Part shown: piece after piece, positions 29,312-46,394 of the stretch
Position numbering within the stretch: the stretch's first letter is position 1
Layout: the number at the start of each line of letters is the position of its first letter
Notes under the pieces: model-generated
Seen by the model: only the letters and a program-made list of their open reading frames with translations
Databases searched by the model: none
Told to the model about the DNA's origin: nothing
Made by a program: the position numbers and the translations under genes
Assembly: GCF_009914755.1 (NCBI RefSeq)
Contig: NC_060936.1
DNA from: the human T2T-CHM13v2.0 reference genome, Homo sapiens
Direction: 5' to 3' (one strand)
DNA length: 64,000 bases

Positions 29312-30620
29312 CAGTGGTTTCTGAAGAAGCTTACATGTAAATCATGAGTTGTTAATTCATTTACTGAAGGATAGACAAAAATGTCAGTACTTTAATCCAT
29401 ATTTATTTGATAGCAAAAGATAAGAAAAATACTAAGATATAATAATATTTAATATACAGATTTCAGTATTCCTTTACTGATTTGAAACATCCTGCATTTA
29501 GGTAATTAAATTATACTAACAGTAGAGTGAGTTTCACAATGGGCAAAATTGATAGTGGTGCCCTCAAAATTTATTCACACCTAGTTATTTGATTTGTAGA
29601 TTTTATTTTTATATTTTAATTAAATTAACTTCCATTATTGACAGATAAAAATAATACCAATAATGTAAGCAAAAACAGACAATGTAGCTGTGTAATTTAA
29701 ACATGCCAAATAATTCCATTTGTTACATAAGCTAATTTCCATCCATATTACATGGTAAAAAGAGGAAAGAAAGAGAAAATGGAATTTTTAATTAGATCTG
29801 AGTACTAATAATTTCAAATACTTTTGAAATTTCCAGTGAATGGTAACCCTCAATTAAATACTTTTGAAATTTCCAGTGAAGGGTACCCCTCACTTAAATA
29901 TCAGAGATAAAGATGTAGATTGTGTTTCTTGCCCAGAAAGGGAGAAGGGCACTGGGACACAGTGTCTCCATCAAAGCAAATAGTAGGCCATACTTGGGAA
30001 CTTTTAAGAAATCTTGGCGTTCTGGGATTAGTTGGTTGTTTGTGGAACAAGATTCGAAAAAGTGAGACTCTCAGGAATTCCTTACATTAAGCAGGTAGAG
30101 GTTAGTGACTTGGAAGGCCAACAGTTGTATATTCTTGATGTACTCTGCATGAAACCAGTTTTGCAGTGATAAACATACAGGATTTTAAAAAGTCAACCCT
30201 TTGGCTTCCATTTCCTCTTGCTGGAGAAGAATTTTTTGTTTTCACCATTAATAAGAAAACTATATGAAAAAGAGACTTATGTCCACTAATGTGAATGCTG
30301 AACTTCACTCTGAATATAATCATGCCTTGAAATACAACTTCTTAAATTATGATTCTCATGTTATCAGTAATAATTTGAAAAACTGAACATCAAGAATATG
30401 AAAAGAAAAGGTATAATGAAGAACAAGTTTTTAACAGTCATATAAAATATTTAAAGTACTATTTATTTTTTCTTTACTTCTGTAAGTTATATTTAGTATA
30501 TGCTTTGTAATGCATATAATATATCAGAACAGTACACATTATATATTAAATAAATGTATTTAGGTTATATGCTCAATAGCTTTGATTGACAGGTATATGC
30601 CATAAAATATGTTGGAGACT
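29312..30620 (+). mobile_element. Possible Charlie4-like hAT remnant
   Basis: Starts CAGTGGTTTC and ends ...TATATGCTCAA...ATGTTGGAGACTG, resembling Charlie4 termini; interior very degenerate. Confidence 0.4.
29816..29900. repeat. 40-bp tandem duplication (about 2.1 copies)
   Basis: AAATACTTTTGAAATTTCCAGTGAA(T/G)GGTA(A/C)CCCTCA(A/C)TT twice, 3 mismatches. Confidence 0.95.
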
Positions 30621-30780
30621 GTTAATCTCTAAACTGTATGGTGGTAATTTGAAGGCACAAGGTGGTATTCAGAGGCTTTAACCTTTGGGCTTTACCTATC
30701 TTTCGAACTACATCTCCGTTCTTCCCCTCATTCTTTCCTTAACCCTACTACCACGTGAAGTCCTTCAGCAGGCCAGTTAA

Positions 30781-31143
<363 letters not shown>

Positions 31144-31200
31144 GAATTTCACTATTTTTTACTGAAACTGGTCTTTGGTCTTAAAAGTCTGTTTCATCAG

Positions 31201-31587
31201 TAATATGATTTGTGTCTGTGTCCCTGCCCAAGTTTCATGTCAAATTGTAATCCCCAATGTTGGAGGTGGGGCTTGGTGGAAGGTGATTGGATCATGGGGG
31301 CAGATTTCCTCCTTGGTGCTGCTCTCCTGATAGTGAATAAGTGCTCGTGAGTTTTGGTTGTTTATAAGTGTGTGGCACTTCCCCATTCTCTCATTTCTTT
31401 CTGCTCCCACCATGTAAAATGTTCCTGTTTCCCCTTCACCTTTTGCCATAATTGTAATTTCCCTAAGGCCTCCCAAGGCATGCTTCCTGGACAGCCTGAG
31501 GAACAGTGAACCAATTAAACCTCATTTCTTTATAAATTACCCAGTCTCAGCTATTTCTTTTTAGCAGTGCAAGAATGGACTAATACA
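31201..31587 (+). mobile_element. MST (MSTA-like) MaLR solo LTR
   Basis: TAATATGATTTG...GGACTAATACA; perfect 5-bp TSD ATCAG (31196-31200, 31588-31592). Confidence 0.92.
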
Positions 31588-31627
31588 ATCAGGACTGAAA
31601 ATTTATGTTATGAAAACTTGTAATACG

Positions 31628-31628
<1 letters not shown>

Positions 31629-31673
<45 letters not shown>
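31629..31673. repeat. (TG)n microsatellite, about 22 units
   Basis: Perfect TG run. Confidence 0.98.
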
Positions 31674-31675
<2 letters not shown>

Positions 31676-32659
31676 TTAAAATTTTCTGGGAACTAAAAGT
31701 ATAAGAAATTCAAACAAAAAATTAAGTAATACATAATGAAAACAAATGGATATGAAGAAAATAATGTCCTCAAGTTCCTTACACATTGACAACAAAGAGA
31801 TAAAGAAAAAGTCAGATTATGTTTAGCATCATAAATTCACATTGAGAAGAATTGTTTATTGTCTGAAATTTTGTTTTTATGATTTTAATGATAGAATACC
31901 TTGTATTTTAACTTATACATAGCACAGCTAGAGACCATGTACAGTTCCAGTCTGTTTTGCAACTAGTTATGACCAAATGACTAAATTTGACCTAATGAGA
32001 AAGTGAGTGTGCAATTTCAGAGTAAAAATCGTAAAGGAACCTGATTGCTCTAAATGAATGCCTCTCCAACTTCACGTGGACTGTAACTTGAAGGGGGTTG
32101 TATTCTACAAAACTTGAACTGAGAAAACAAGGACAAAATCAAAAGAAATAAATCTGAGTACCTGAATGACCTCATGAATTAAGCCTCCTAGTCCCCTAAA
32201 TCACATATTAACTTCAACTTAGAAAGCAATAAGCATTGAATCCTTTCAAAGACATATGTTTGGTATAATTAGTATATTTTATATTGAGGTTCTTCGCAAC
32301 TATAACATTTAATTTAAAAGAATCTCATGCAAACAAAAATGTGGATGGATTTTTTGTTTTTCCACAAACACTATGTTAGAGACTCCTGGCTTATTTATAT
32401 AGTAGCAATACAATAAACTTCATTCTTGCTTATAATTGTTTTTCTTATTTTCTTCTAGAAAATGGAAAAAAGATAAACAAATTAATGCATGCTAATGTAG
32501 AGTTAGGTCTGCCATCTGTCTACAACAGGTGACTCAGAAAGATTAATGCTTTTCAGATAATGGATAAAACTAAAACTATTTTTTTCCCTTTCAATTAAGA
32601 GATGGGACAAAAGAATTTACAGATGTATAAGATAATGTTAATAAGATAATTTACAATTA

Positions 32660-34410
32660 CATTTGTACCTTTGAATCTACAGTCTCCTTTTCTTCATCCC
32701 TCTTGGTATCCTGCCCTACCCTTTCATAACCAACTTTCTTCTCTCTGTTTCTATGAGATTGATTTTTTTTTAGATTCCACATATAAATGAGATCATACAG
32801 CATTCTGTGCCTGACATTTCTCTTCAAAGAAGGTTCTTCAGGTCCATCTATGTTGTAAATGACAGACTTTCCTTATTTTTAAAAGTTGTATAGTATATCT
32901 ATAATGTGTATATAGCACATTTTATTTACACATTCATCCATTGATGTACACAGGTTGTCCCTATCTTGGCTTTTGGGAATAATAGTGCTGAAATAAACAT
33001 TGGAGTGCAGATATCTCCTCCATGTACCAATTAAATTTCCTTTGGATACAAATGCAGAAGTTGGATTGCTGAGTCTTATGGCAATTACAGTTTTAGTTTT
33101 TGAAGATTCTCCATATTATTTTCCAAAATGGCTGTACTAATTTATATTCCCATCAACAGTGTACCAGGGGTCCTTTTTCTCTATATCCTTACCAAAACTT
33201 GATATTATTTGTCTTTTAGATAATAGCCATACTAACAAATGTAAGGTGATATATTTTTGTGGTTTTAATTTATATTTCTTTGATGATTAGAGATGTTGAT
33301 CTTTTTTTTTTCACACATCTGTTGGCCATTTGTATGTCTCTTTTTTAAAATTGTCAGGTCCTCTGCCATTTATTTTTAATTTGGGTTATTTGTTTTCTTT
33401 TTATTGAGTTGTTTGAGTTCCTTATATATTTGGGATATTAACCCCTTATTGGATGTATGATTTGCACATCCAGATAACCCTTAAACAACATGAGGGTGAG
33501 GGGTACCAAACTTCTGCTTAGTAGAAAATGCTTCTATGCATTTGACTTCCCCAAAATTTAACTACTAATTGCCTACTGTTGACTAGAAGACTTAACGATA
33601 ATCTAAATAGCTCATTATCAAATATATTGTATATGTATTAACTGTATTTTTACAATAAAGTAAGCTGAAGAAAAAATACATTATTAAGAAAATCATAAGG
33701 AAGAGAAAATAAGCTTATTATTAATTAAGTGGGATGAATCGTAAAGATCTTTATACTCCTTGTCTTCATGTTGAATAGGCTGAGGAGGAGGAGGAAGTGG
33801 AGGCCTTGGTCTTGCTGTCTCAGGAGTGGCCGAGGCAAAAAAAAAAAAAAAAAATCTGAGTATAAGTGGACCTGTTCAGTTCAGACCTGTGTTGTGCAAG
33901 GTTCAACAATATTCCATGGGCTGTTTCTTCGCTCTGTTGTTTTCACTGCTGTGCAGAAACTTCTTAGATTGACGTAATCCCATTTGTCTCTTTTTCACTT
34001 TTGTTGCATGTGCTTTCAAAGTTCTAAGAAATTATTGCCCAGTACAATGTGGTGGAGATTTTCCTCAAGTTTTTCTTCTAGAAATTTTACATTTTCAGGT
34101 CTTACATTTAAGTCTTTAATTTATTTTGAACTGATTTTTGTGCATGGTGTGAAATAAGGATACAATTATTTTTGCATATGAATATTCAATTTTCCTAACA
34201 CCACTTATTGAAGAGAATGACCTTTTCCTATGTGTGTTCTTGGCATCTTTGTCAAAAATAAATTGACTATAAATACTTAAATGTGTTTTGTGGCTTTCTA
34301 TCCTGTTCCATTGGTCCATGTGTCTATTTTTATGCCTGTGCCATGTTGTTTTCGTTATATAGCTCTATAATACATTTTAATATCAGGGAGTATGATGCCT
34401 TCAGCTTCAT
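32660..34410 (-). mobile_element. Old L1M (L1MA-type) 3' region, interrupted by Tigger2a
   Basis: TTAGATTCCACATATAAATGAGATCATACAG; antisense ORF2 peptide DQWNRIES..IFDKDAKN. Confidence 0.85.
33471..33908 (-). mobile_element. Tigger2a-like (TcMar-Tigger) non-autonomous element
   Basis: Degenerate TIRs CAGATAACCCTTAAACAACA / TGTTGTGCAAGGTTCAAC; length about 440 bp; L1 resumes on both sides. Confidence 0.8.
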
Positions 34411-35170
34411 AGTAAGTCTTAAGGTTGAGTAGTGTCAATACTACAACTTTGTTCTTTTCCTTCAATATTGTGTTGGCTATTTTGGATATTTTGCCTCTCA
34501 ATAAATTTTAGAATAAATTTGTCAATATCCACAAAATAACTTGCTGGAATTTAAATTGCGATTGCATTGAATCTACAGATAAATTTGGCAAGAACTGACA
34601 TTGGAAAATATTTGGCCTTCCTACCCACGGCCATGAAATATCTCTCTTCTTAACTTAGTCCTTCTTGATTCCTTTCATCAGAGTTGTGTTTTCCTCATAT
34701 ATATTTTGTACCCATTTTGTTAGATTTATATCAAGGCATTTCATTTCTATGAATGGTAATATAAATGGTATTCTGCTTTAAATTTGTAATTCTACTTGTC
34801 CATTGCTTTTATATAGAAAAGTTATTGACTTTTGTGTATTATTAACCTTGTATGCCACAACATTGCTATAACCATTCATTAGTTCCAATTTTTTTTTTTG
34901 TAAATTCTTAAAGATTTTCTACATTGTTGAGCATGTCATCTGCAAACAAAGGCAGTTTTATTTCTTTCTTCTCATTCTGTATACCTTTTATTTCTTTTTC
35001 TGGTCTTAGTGTTAGCTAAGATCTAATATAATGTTGAAAAGCAGTGATTAGAGGTGATGACATCATTGCCTTGTTTCTCATCTTAGCAGAAAAGATTCTA
35101 GTCTCTCACCTTTCAATATAATGTTACTTATAAGTTTTTTGTAGGTTTTCTTTATCAAGTTGAGAAGATA
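34411..35170 (-). mobile_element. Old L1M ORF2 fragment
   Basis: ATTGCATTGAATCTACAGAT and CATGTCATCTGCAAAC (antisense FADDM). Confidence 0.8.
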
Positions 35171-35559
35171 TTGCCCCAATATAAGTATTATTGCTCTGCA
35201 TTCCCAATGATATACAGCTTTACCAGAATCCTAAAGTTTTGATAGGCAGTGTTTTCTTAGCCGTTTGTTTTAAAAATCCATTATTCCACTTCTTCGATAG
35301 GGGGTTATTTATAATCTTGTATGCTGTTTCTAAAATTATGAATAATCATTCATATAAAAGATGGAAAACCTATAAATATATAGCTGAGAAAACTATGAGA
35401 ATGAAAACAGTTCTGTAAGCAAAATTTCAGGAAACAGCATTGTTAGAACTCCAGGTGCCTGCCTTTTAAACCTTTCCTCAATCATAAAACTTAATTTTCA
35501 CAAATAGTAACTGCTATTCTTTACACCTTTCTTTACAGACTTCTTATCCAATATGTCCC

Positions 35560-36030
35560 TAAACAATATATTTCACTTTGGTCTACATCTGAAAATCACA
35601 AAATTGGGGCCATATAAAATGTATCCTTTGTTATATTGCTGCTTTTCTTCAAAATAACTTTGTGGTCTGTATCTGCAGTTTACTCATTTTCATTGCTCTA
35701 TACTACACCATTGTACAAATACCTCACTCTTCATAAATTTTACTAATGACAGATATGCAGGGTTTTTTCCCTCCACTTTTTGGTAACTACAAATGTTGTT
35801 GATAAAAATATTCCTTTACTTTTCTCTTGGTGCACATGTGTACTCATTAATGTTGTGTATATACTTAGAAATGGAATTACTGTGTTATGGAATATTGTTA
35901 TTTTTAGGTGTAGTCTATAGCGATAATTTCTTTTTTCAAAGCGGTTTTACCAACTTAAACTTTGAAGAGAAGTGCATGAGGTTCCTGCTGCTCCACTTTC
36001 TCATCACACTGACCTACCTTGTTTTCTATT
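35560..36030 (-). mobile_element. Very old L1ME-like 3' remnant
   Basis: Degenerate TTCATTGCT..TACTACACCATTGTA and GGTTTTACCAACTTA..AGTGCATGAGG. Confidence 0.5.
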
Positions 36031-37459
36031 TTCTTTTATGTTACTTTATTGTGGTATGAACACTTAACATGAGATCCCACCTCTTAACGATTTTTTAAAA
36101 ATATAATTTGTTATTGTTCACTATAGGAACAATGTTGTACAGCAAATCTTTAGGGAAGCTTATTTTTCTTGCTTGACTGAAACTTAATGCCCATTGATTA
36201 ATAACTCCTCGTTTTCTCTTCCCCACAGCCTGTCAATCATGATTCCACTCTTTGAATCTTTAAGTTTCACTATTTTACATTCATTATATAAATGGAATCA
36301 TGCAGTATTTGTCTTTCTGTGACAGGTTTATTTCACTTAGAATAATGTCCTCACAGTTCCTTCATGCTATTGCATATTCCAATTTCCTTCCTTTTAAGGC
36401 TGAAATGTATTCCATTGTATGTGTACATTCTTTTACATTCCTTTTTCTTATACATTCATCTGTTGATGAACATTTAAGGTGTTGTCATAACTTGGCTATT
36501 GTGAATAGTAGTGCAGTGACATTGGTGTATTAATATTTCACTAAGATTCTGACTTCAATCTTAAATACACAAAAGTTAGACTGCAGAATCATATGGTTGT
36601 TCTATTTTTTATTTTTTTGAGAAACCTCCACACTGTTCTCCATAGTAACTGTACCATTTTGCATTCCCACCTACAGAACACAAGGGTTTCAATTTCTTCA
36701 CATCCTTGTCAACGCTTTTTTTTTAATAATAGACATTCTTATAGGTATGAAGTAATATCTCATTGTGGTTCTGACTTGAATTTCTCCAATAATTCTTGAG
36801 TTGATTATTTTATTATATATCTTGTGGCTATCAATATATCTTCTTTGGAGAAATTTCTATTAAAATCATTAGTCTTTTTTTTATTGTGTTCTTAGTTTTT
36901 TTTTTTTGCTATTGAGTTATAGCAGTATATTGTAATTTTTAGATATTAACTGCACAATAAATTTATGGTTTGCAATTTTTTTCTCATTCTGTAAGTTGCC
37001 TTTTCACTCTGTTTATTGCTTCTTTTCCTGTGTAGAATTTCTAGTTTGATGTAATCCCATTAGTTTACTTTTGGTTTTGTTGTCCATACTTTTCATATTA
37101 TGCTCATAAAAGTATTCCCAAGACCAAGGTCATTAGGCTAGTTCACCATTTTCTTCTAGGAATTTTATAGTTTCAGGCATTACATTAAAGTCTTTAATCT
37201 TTTCTGAGTTGATTTTAATGTTTGGTGTAAAATAAGAGTTTTTCTTTTCTTTATATTTTTGCAGGTGTATATCTGTTTTTTTCAGCACTATTTATTGATG
37301 AGACTATTCTTTCCCCAATTTGTATTTTTCACATTATTGTAGAAGATTAGTTGATCATATATGCATGAATTTACTTCTGGGTTTTCTATTCTGTTCATTG
37401 GTCTATGTGCCTATTTTTATGTAAGGACCATACTGTTTTGTTTACTATAACTTTGTAAC

Positions 37460-38023
37460 TGTAGTGAATTTTTATAGTCTTATGCTTCAGCATTCACTCT
37501 GAAAGTAAATTTAACTCTCTCATGCCAGAAGCAGGGTGTAATAACCTTTGACACAGTTTCTAGTTCTACATTTTCCCCCATTTCCTCAGTATGGTTGATC
37601 CAGATATCTGCTTTATACAACTGTCTCCTGATGAACACTTTGCTTTGAGACAGCTACATACAACCTACTTGACCTGCACTGCTAACTCCCACACCTTGCG
37701 TGGACTGTGCAGATATGCCACAGCAACCATCTCTCAGTCACAGTGTGACATATGAGAACTTGTGCCTGCTTGCTTTAAGTCCACCTATTAAAACTCCCCA
37801 TGACAAATCAGATTACATAATGCCCTGGATCACAACAAAGACACTGGCTTGTGATTCTTCTTTCCTTCTGTCAATGTGCTCCCTGACCTCTGCATGGATG
37901 TGCCCTCTAGGCATGCCATGTATTTCCCCAAGAACTGTAAGTAATACAATTTTTACTTCAATTTTGTATCTCTCCTAATCATTGAGGGGATACTCCCTAA
38001 CTTAAAGGCTCTAAGTCAAAAGA
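37460..38023 (+). mobile_element. ERVL-class solo LTR (MER54/MER73-like)
   Basis: Starts TGTAGTGAATT; 5-bp TSD GTAAC/GTAAT (37455-37459, 38024-38028); host L1 resumes after it. Confidence 0.7.
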
Positions 38024-39822
38024 GTAATATATTTCAAAATAAAAAATGTGTGAGTCTCCATTTGTTCTTTCTCAAGATTGATTTGGCTATTTCTGGTCTT
38101 TTGCGGTTCTGCATATATTTTAGAATCTTTTTTCATTTTTAAAATGTTTGCCATTGACATATTGATAGGGATTTCATTGAATTTGTAGATTGCCTTTGGT
38201 AGTATAAAAAAATTGACAAAATAAAGTCTTCCAATTCAGGAACACAGAATGTCTTCTCATTTGTTTATACCTTGTTCATTTTCTTTTATCAGTGTTTTTT
38301 AGTTTTTAATATTCACATCTTTCATCTCCTTAATTAAGCTTATTTCTAGGTCTTTTGTTGCTTTCGGTACTATTATAAGTAAAATTGTTTTCTAATTTCC
38401 TTTTCAGATAGTTTATTGTTAGTGTATAGAAGTGCAATTGATGTTTGCATGTTGATTTTGTATCCTGCAATCTTACGGAGCATTTTATTATTTCTAACAG
38501 TTTTTTTATGAGGTCTTAAGGAGTTTATAGTCATAAGACTATGTTATCTGTAATCAGAGACAATATTACTTCTTTCTTTTCTAATTTTGATGTTTTTTCG
38601 TTCTCTTTTCTAGCATAATTGTTGTGCTAGAACTTCTAGTACTATGTGAAACACAAATAGTAAAAATGGTATCTTTGCTTGGTTCCCAATCACAGAGGAA
38701 AAGCTTTTAGTTTTTCACAATTTAATATGATGTTAACTGTGAGCTTTTCAGATATAACCTTTTTCTATGTTGAGGTAATTTTCTTCTATTTATAGTTTGT
38801 TCAAAGTTTTTCTCATAAATGGATGTTGAATTTTGTCAAATATTCTTTTCTGAATCTATTGAAATGATCATGTGATTTTTATCATTTATTCTATTAATAT
38901 AGTGCATCACATTAATTTTTTTCGGCATCTGTTTGGGGAACCGTCAAATTTGCTGGAAACATATTTACCTCCCAGGGATAAATTCTACTTGATTATCGTG
39001 TATGATTGTTTTAATTTTCTGTTGCATTTGATTTTCTAAGATTTTGTTGAGGATTTTTGCATCTATATTTATTACATATAATGGCCTGTAATTTTCTTTT
39101 GTTGTGACATCTTTGGCTTTGATATCTGGATAATATTGATCTAATAAAATGAATTTGGAAATATTATCTTCATTTCAAATTTTTGAAACAGTTTCAGAAG
39201 AATTGGCATTTATTCTTCTTTAAATGTTTGGTAGAATTCACCAATGATGCTATCTGCTCCTGCAATTTCTTTCTTGGGAGTTTTTTGATTATTGATTCAA
39301 TCTTTATATTAGTTATTGTTCTGTTCAGACTTTATATTTCTTCATTATTTAGTCTTGACAGGTTGTATGTATGTATTCATTTATGCTAAGCTATCCAATT
39401 TGTTGTCATATAATTATTCATAGTAGTCTGTTATGATTCTTTATATTTCTTTGGGATTGGTTATAGTAACTCTTCTTTAGTTCTGATTTTCTTTATTTTA
39501 ATTTTTTCTAATTTTTTAAAGAAGCTACATAAAGTTTATCAATATATTTTCAAAAAACAAACTCTTAGTTTCATTGATTTTTCTATGTATTCTGTATTTT
39601 CTATTTTGCTTTTGCTGTACTCTGATATTTTGTTCTTTCTGCTAACTTTGGGCTTAGTTTGTTCTTTTTCCAGTTATATTATGAGATATGAAGTTAAACT
39701 GCTTACTTGAGATCTTTCTTCTTTTTTTAATGTAGGTGGATATTGCAATTAGCTTCCTTCTTAGTACTGCTGTTGCAGTATCCTATATGTTTTTATTTGC
39801 ACTTGTCTTGCACAATTTTCTC

Positions 39823-42625
<2,803 letters not shown>

Positions 42626-44134
42626 TAATATCCTTTTTAATTTCTTCTTTAACATAATGGTTGTTCAATAGTATATATTCTTAATTTCCACATATTTGTG
42701 AATTTTCCAGTTTTTCTTCTGCTACATATTTCTAGTTTTTTTCCACTGTGGTCAGAAAATATATTTGGTATGCTTTTAATCTTGTTTAATTTGTTAAGAC
42801 TTGCTTTGTGACCTTGTATGTCATCTATTCTGATGAACAATACATGTGTATTTGAGAAGAATGTTTATTCTGTTGCTATTATATAGAATATTCTGTACAT
42901 ATCTGTTAGGTCCATTTGTCTGTAGTGTTATTCAAGTCTTCTGTTTACTTATTGATGCCCTTTCTGCATGTTCTATCCATCACGGGAAGTGAGATATTGA
43001 TGTTTCATACTATCATTCTGTTACTGACAATTATTTCATTCATTTCTGACAATGTTAGCTTTCTGTGTTTAGGTGCCTTAATGATGGATGCATAGATATT
43101 TATAATTGTTCTGTCTTCCTGTTAAAATGATTCTTTTATTATTACAAAGTATCCTTTGTTGTCTGCTGTGCCAATTTTTGGCTTTAAGTGTATTTTGTCT
43201 AAGTATAGCCAACCTGTTCTTTTTTGTTTACCATTTGCATAGAATTTCTTTTCCACCCCTTCACTTTCAGTCTATGGATGTCTTTAAATCTAAAGTGAGC
43301 TCCTTGTAGTTTGCATGTAATTAAGTCTTGTTTTCTAATCCACTCAGTCACTTTGTAGCTTTTAATTGGAAAGTTTATTTCATTTACATTTAAAGTAATT
43401 ATTGATAAGGAATGATTTTTTTATTGCCGTTTTGATAGTTGTTTTGTGTTAGTCTTGTTCCTTTATCTTACCTTTCTTCTCCTTTGTTGATTTTATTTTA
43501 TTGATAAGCTTTGATTTTTTTCTCTTTTGTGTAACTTTTATCATGTGTGTGTGGGTATGGGGAGTGTGTGGTTACCTTGGGGCTTACATGAAATGCCTCA
43601 TAGTTGTAACACTCTATTTTAAGCTGATAACTTTAGTTTAATTGCATACAGAAACTCTAAATGTTTATACCCACCACGCAGATGTTTTGTTATTTTTTTC
43701 AAAATTTTTTCAAAATTTTTCTTATTTTGTCTTCTTGCATTTTTGAGTTTTATACTCTCTTTTATTCTCATGTACTATTCTATACCATTGGGAGAGTATA
43801 CTGAAATTTTCACAGACTTTGTAGAGGTCGAATATTTATGAAAATTTCTGTCTTTATGCATTTTAATTCCAAGCATGCCGTTCTTCTTATATATCATTAT
43901 TTAATAATAGCTCCAACAGTTTACCTCAAAAGTTATATACTATTACTGCCTTATGTTAGTATTTGTTTTTTTACACAAAAACTTACCAATTCCCTTACTG
44001 TTCTATTATTTCTTGTATTTATTAACCTCCTTCATATCCCAGGAACCCATGTTTTAGAATTTCACCTAATGAAGTTGTGTTAGTAGTGAAATATCTAGAT
44101 TTTCCTTGATCTGAAAATATCTGTATTTAATCCC

Positions 44135-44272
44135 TATTATTATTATTATTGTTGTTGTTGTTGTTATTATTATTTGGGATGGTATGTTACTATGTGACTC
44201 AGGCTGGATTTGAACTCCTGGGCTCAAGAATTCATTCTGCCTCAACCTCCTGAGCAGCTAGGACTTGCACCT
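44135..44272 (-). mobile_element. FLAM-type Alu monomer with (TAT)n(TGT)n tail
   Basis: CAGGCTGGATTTGAACTCCTGGGCTCAAG; tail converted to a triplet microsatellite. Confidence 0.8.
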
Positions 44273-44439
44273 GGTTTTTAATCCTTTTTTTTTTTTTTTT
44301 GAAAGATGTTCAGCTGGATTTGGAACTCTAGATTTGCAGTTCTTATTTTATTTTAGCATATTAATAAACTATTTTAATGTTCTGTGTATTTATTTTTTGC
44401 TGCAAAAAAAATCTGTGTTAATTGAATTGTTTGACTTAC

Positions 44440-44875
44440 CATACTGGAAGAGGCAGTCCTCCATGGGCCCTAAGCATCTTACTTGTCCTTGCTAAGTGTT
44501 CCAAACTGTAAGGCTTATCTGTCTCCTGGTACTGAGCTATTTCTGTAACTGGTCATATACTCAAATAAGTAGGTCAAGATGGCCAGAGGACAATTTCAGT
44601 GTAATATCTTCCCCACCCCACAAGAAAGGGAAGTGACTTTTCATTGCTTGCTACTAAAGGTCTTGAGCCCTTTGCCCGGTATTCCTCAGCTGTGGCTTAA
44701 TCCACTGACTGTATAGCCTTGAACTGGTACGTGGGAGCCGGGGAATTGGTGCATCAATATTGAAGCTCCTGATGTTTTTCTTTCTGTGAGTAACTAACTA
44801 TGTTACTCTAATCCCTTGTATCAATGTCTTCTTTCATCGACTGTGAAGATATGGCAAGACAACCTTTTAGTTTGT
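44440..44875 (+). mobile_element. Old ERVL-type LTR (LTR40/41/52-like)
   Basis: GAGGCAGTCCTCCATGGGCCC start and GC-richer island; family assigned from recall only. Confidence 0.4.
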
Positions 44876-46394
44876 CTTTGGAGTCTTACTCTGTTCACTG
44901 TGTGTTATCTTTGTCATCAATTTTATAAAATTCTAAGTTATAATCACTTTTTACAGTTCCTCTTCTCTAGGTACTCTGCTATATCCTTTTGCCTTTAATT
45001 AAATCTTTTAATTAGTTTTATGATAGACTCTTCTCATGTTTCCCACATTTATTTCACCAATAAATTGTCTCATTTTACTGTATTGTAATTTTTTCATATC
45101 TCAACTGCAGTCATTAATTCTTCTTTTAGCCTTGTAACATATGTAACTCATCCACCTCAATTTTCAGTTACATTTTAACATTTACATTTTAAAATTTGTT
45201 CTACTATAAAATATACTTGGTCCTTTTCAAACTCTTGTGTTATCACTTAATTCTTATCACTTAAAACAGAGAAATAGATTGACATCATATAATCTAATAC
45301 ATTTTTATATCTGATTTCTGAGCCTAATTCTTCTAACTGATGTCTCTGCCTACTCCTGGTGATTATTGTACATTTTTGTAATTTTAAATTTTAGATAGCT
45401 AACTCATATTTAGCAGATGTTAATTCCCCCAAATTATTAAAGGATGTATTGAGGCTGATTTTTCTTGCATATAGTCTTGCCAGGCATCCTAAATATCTGG
45501 AAACAATTTTATTTCTCAATTTAATATTTTCCAAAATAAAAATGATATGCATTCAAATTCATTTTAAAGAAGGTATACAATTTTGATTTTTGAAAGAAGG
45601 CTCTATATTTTACTAATATGGTGTGAAGGATGAGATTTTTTAAAAAGCTCCTACTTGTTCCCCTTTAACTTGAAGGTAGATTTGTTTTTTCTCCCAGTCT
45701 TCCACATTTTATAACATCTATTTTACTTAGGTATCTCAGTATTCACTCTCCACTTCACTTGCCCTGACAGTTCTGTTGTCTGTTTATGGTACTACAAACA
45801 TTATAATCCAAAGCTTGCTTTATTCATTAGTTTGAGAAAATTTTTCTAATGTCCTCAGTGCTTTTAAACTATGCTAGCACCTTTCTTTCAGCTGTCTGTC
45901 TTTTTTTTTCTAGGACCTCTAATAAGTGTAATTTCCCTTACACTTTTTAAAACTCAGCTATAGATTTAGGAGCTTGTGTTTGAAAAAAATTTTCAGCATT
46001 ACTTGGACTGAAAATATTTTGCAGAATGTTTAATAAGTCAAATTATTTTAAATAAAAATACAATGAAGTCTTGTATTCTATTGTTAATTTACACACAGTG
46101 TAAAGATTAAATTCTTATACCAGAGCATATATGATAGAAAACGAGGTAGTTATCTTCGGGAAGGGAAGTGATGGACCCATTAATCAAGGCCTTTAGTCCT
46201 TTGTTTATAAATCCTTCTTAATCATGAGGCACAAAATAACTAACAAGCCATTTATCTCTCTTAAATTGACTACTTTGTAAATAGCAAGTTGTTTGGAAGT
46301 TATCAACAATGAAGAGCAAATTAAACTGAAGCAAAATATTTTTTAGACATCACTTGTATTAGTCAAGTTTCTCCACAGAAAAAGGATAGGTTTC

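Noticed and set aside
29816-29900. CRISPR-like direct repeats
   Set aside because: Two adjacent copies with no spacer, in eukaryotic repeat context.
31920-32300. Possible MLT1-type LTR remnant
   Set aside because: Only a short degenerate resemblance; boundaries and family could not be supported.
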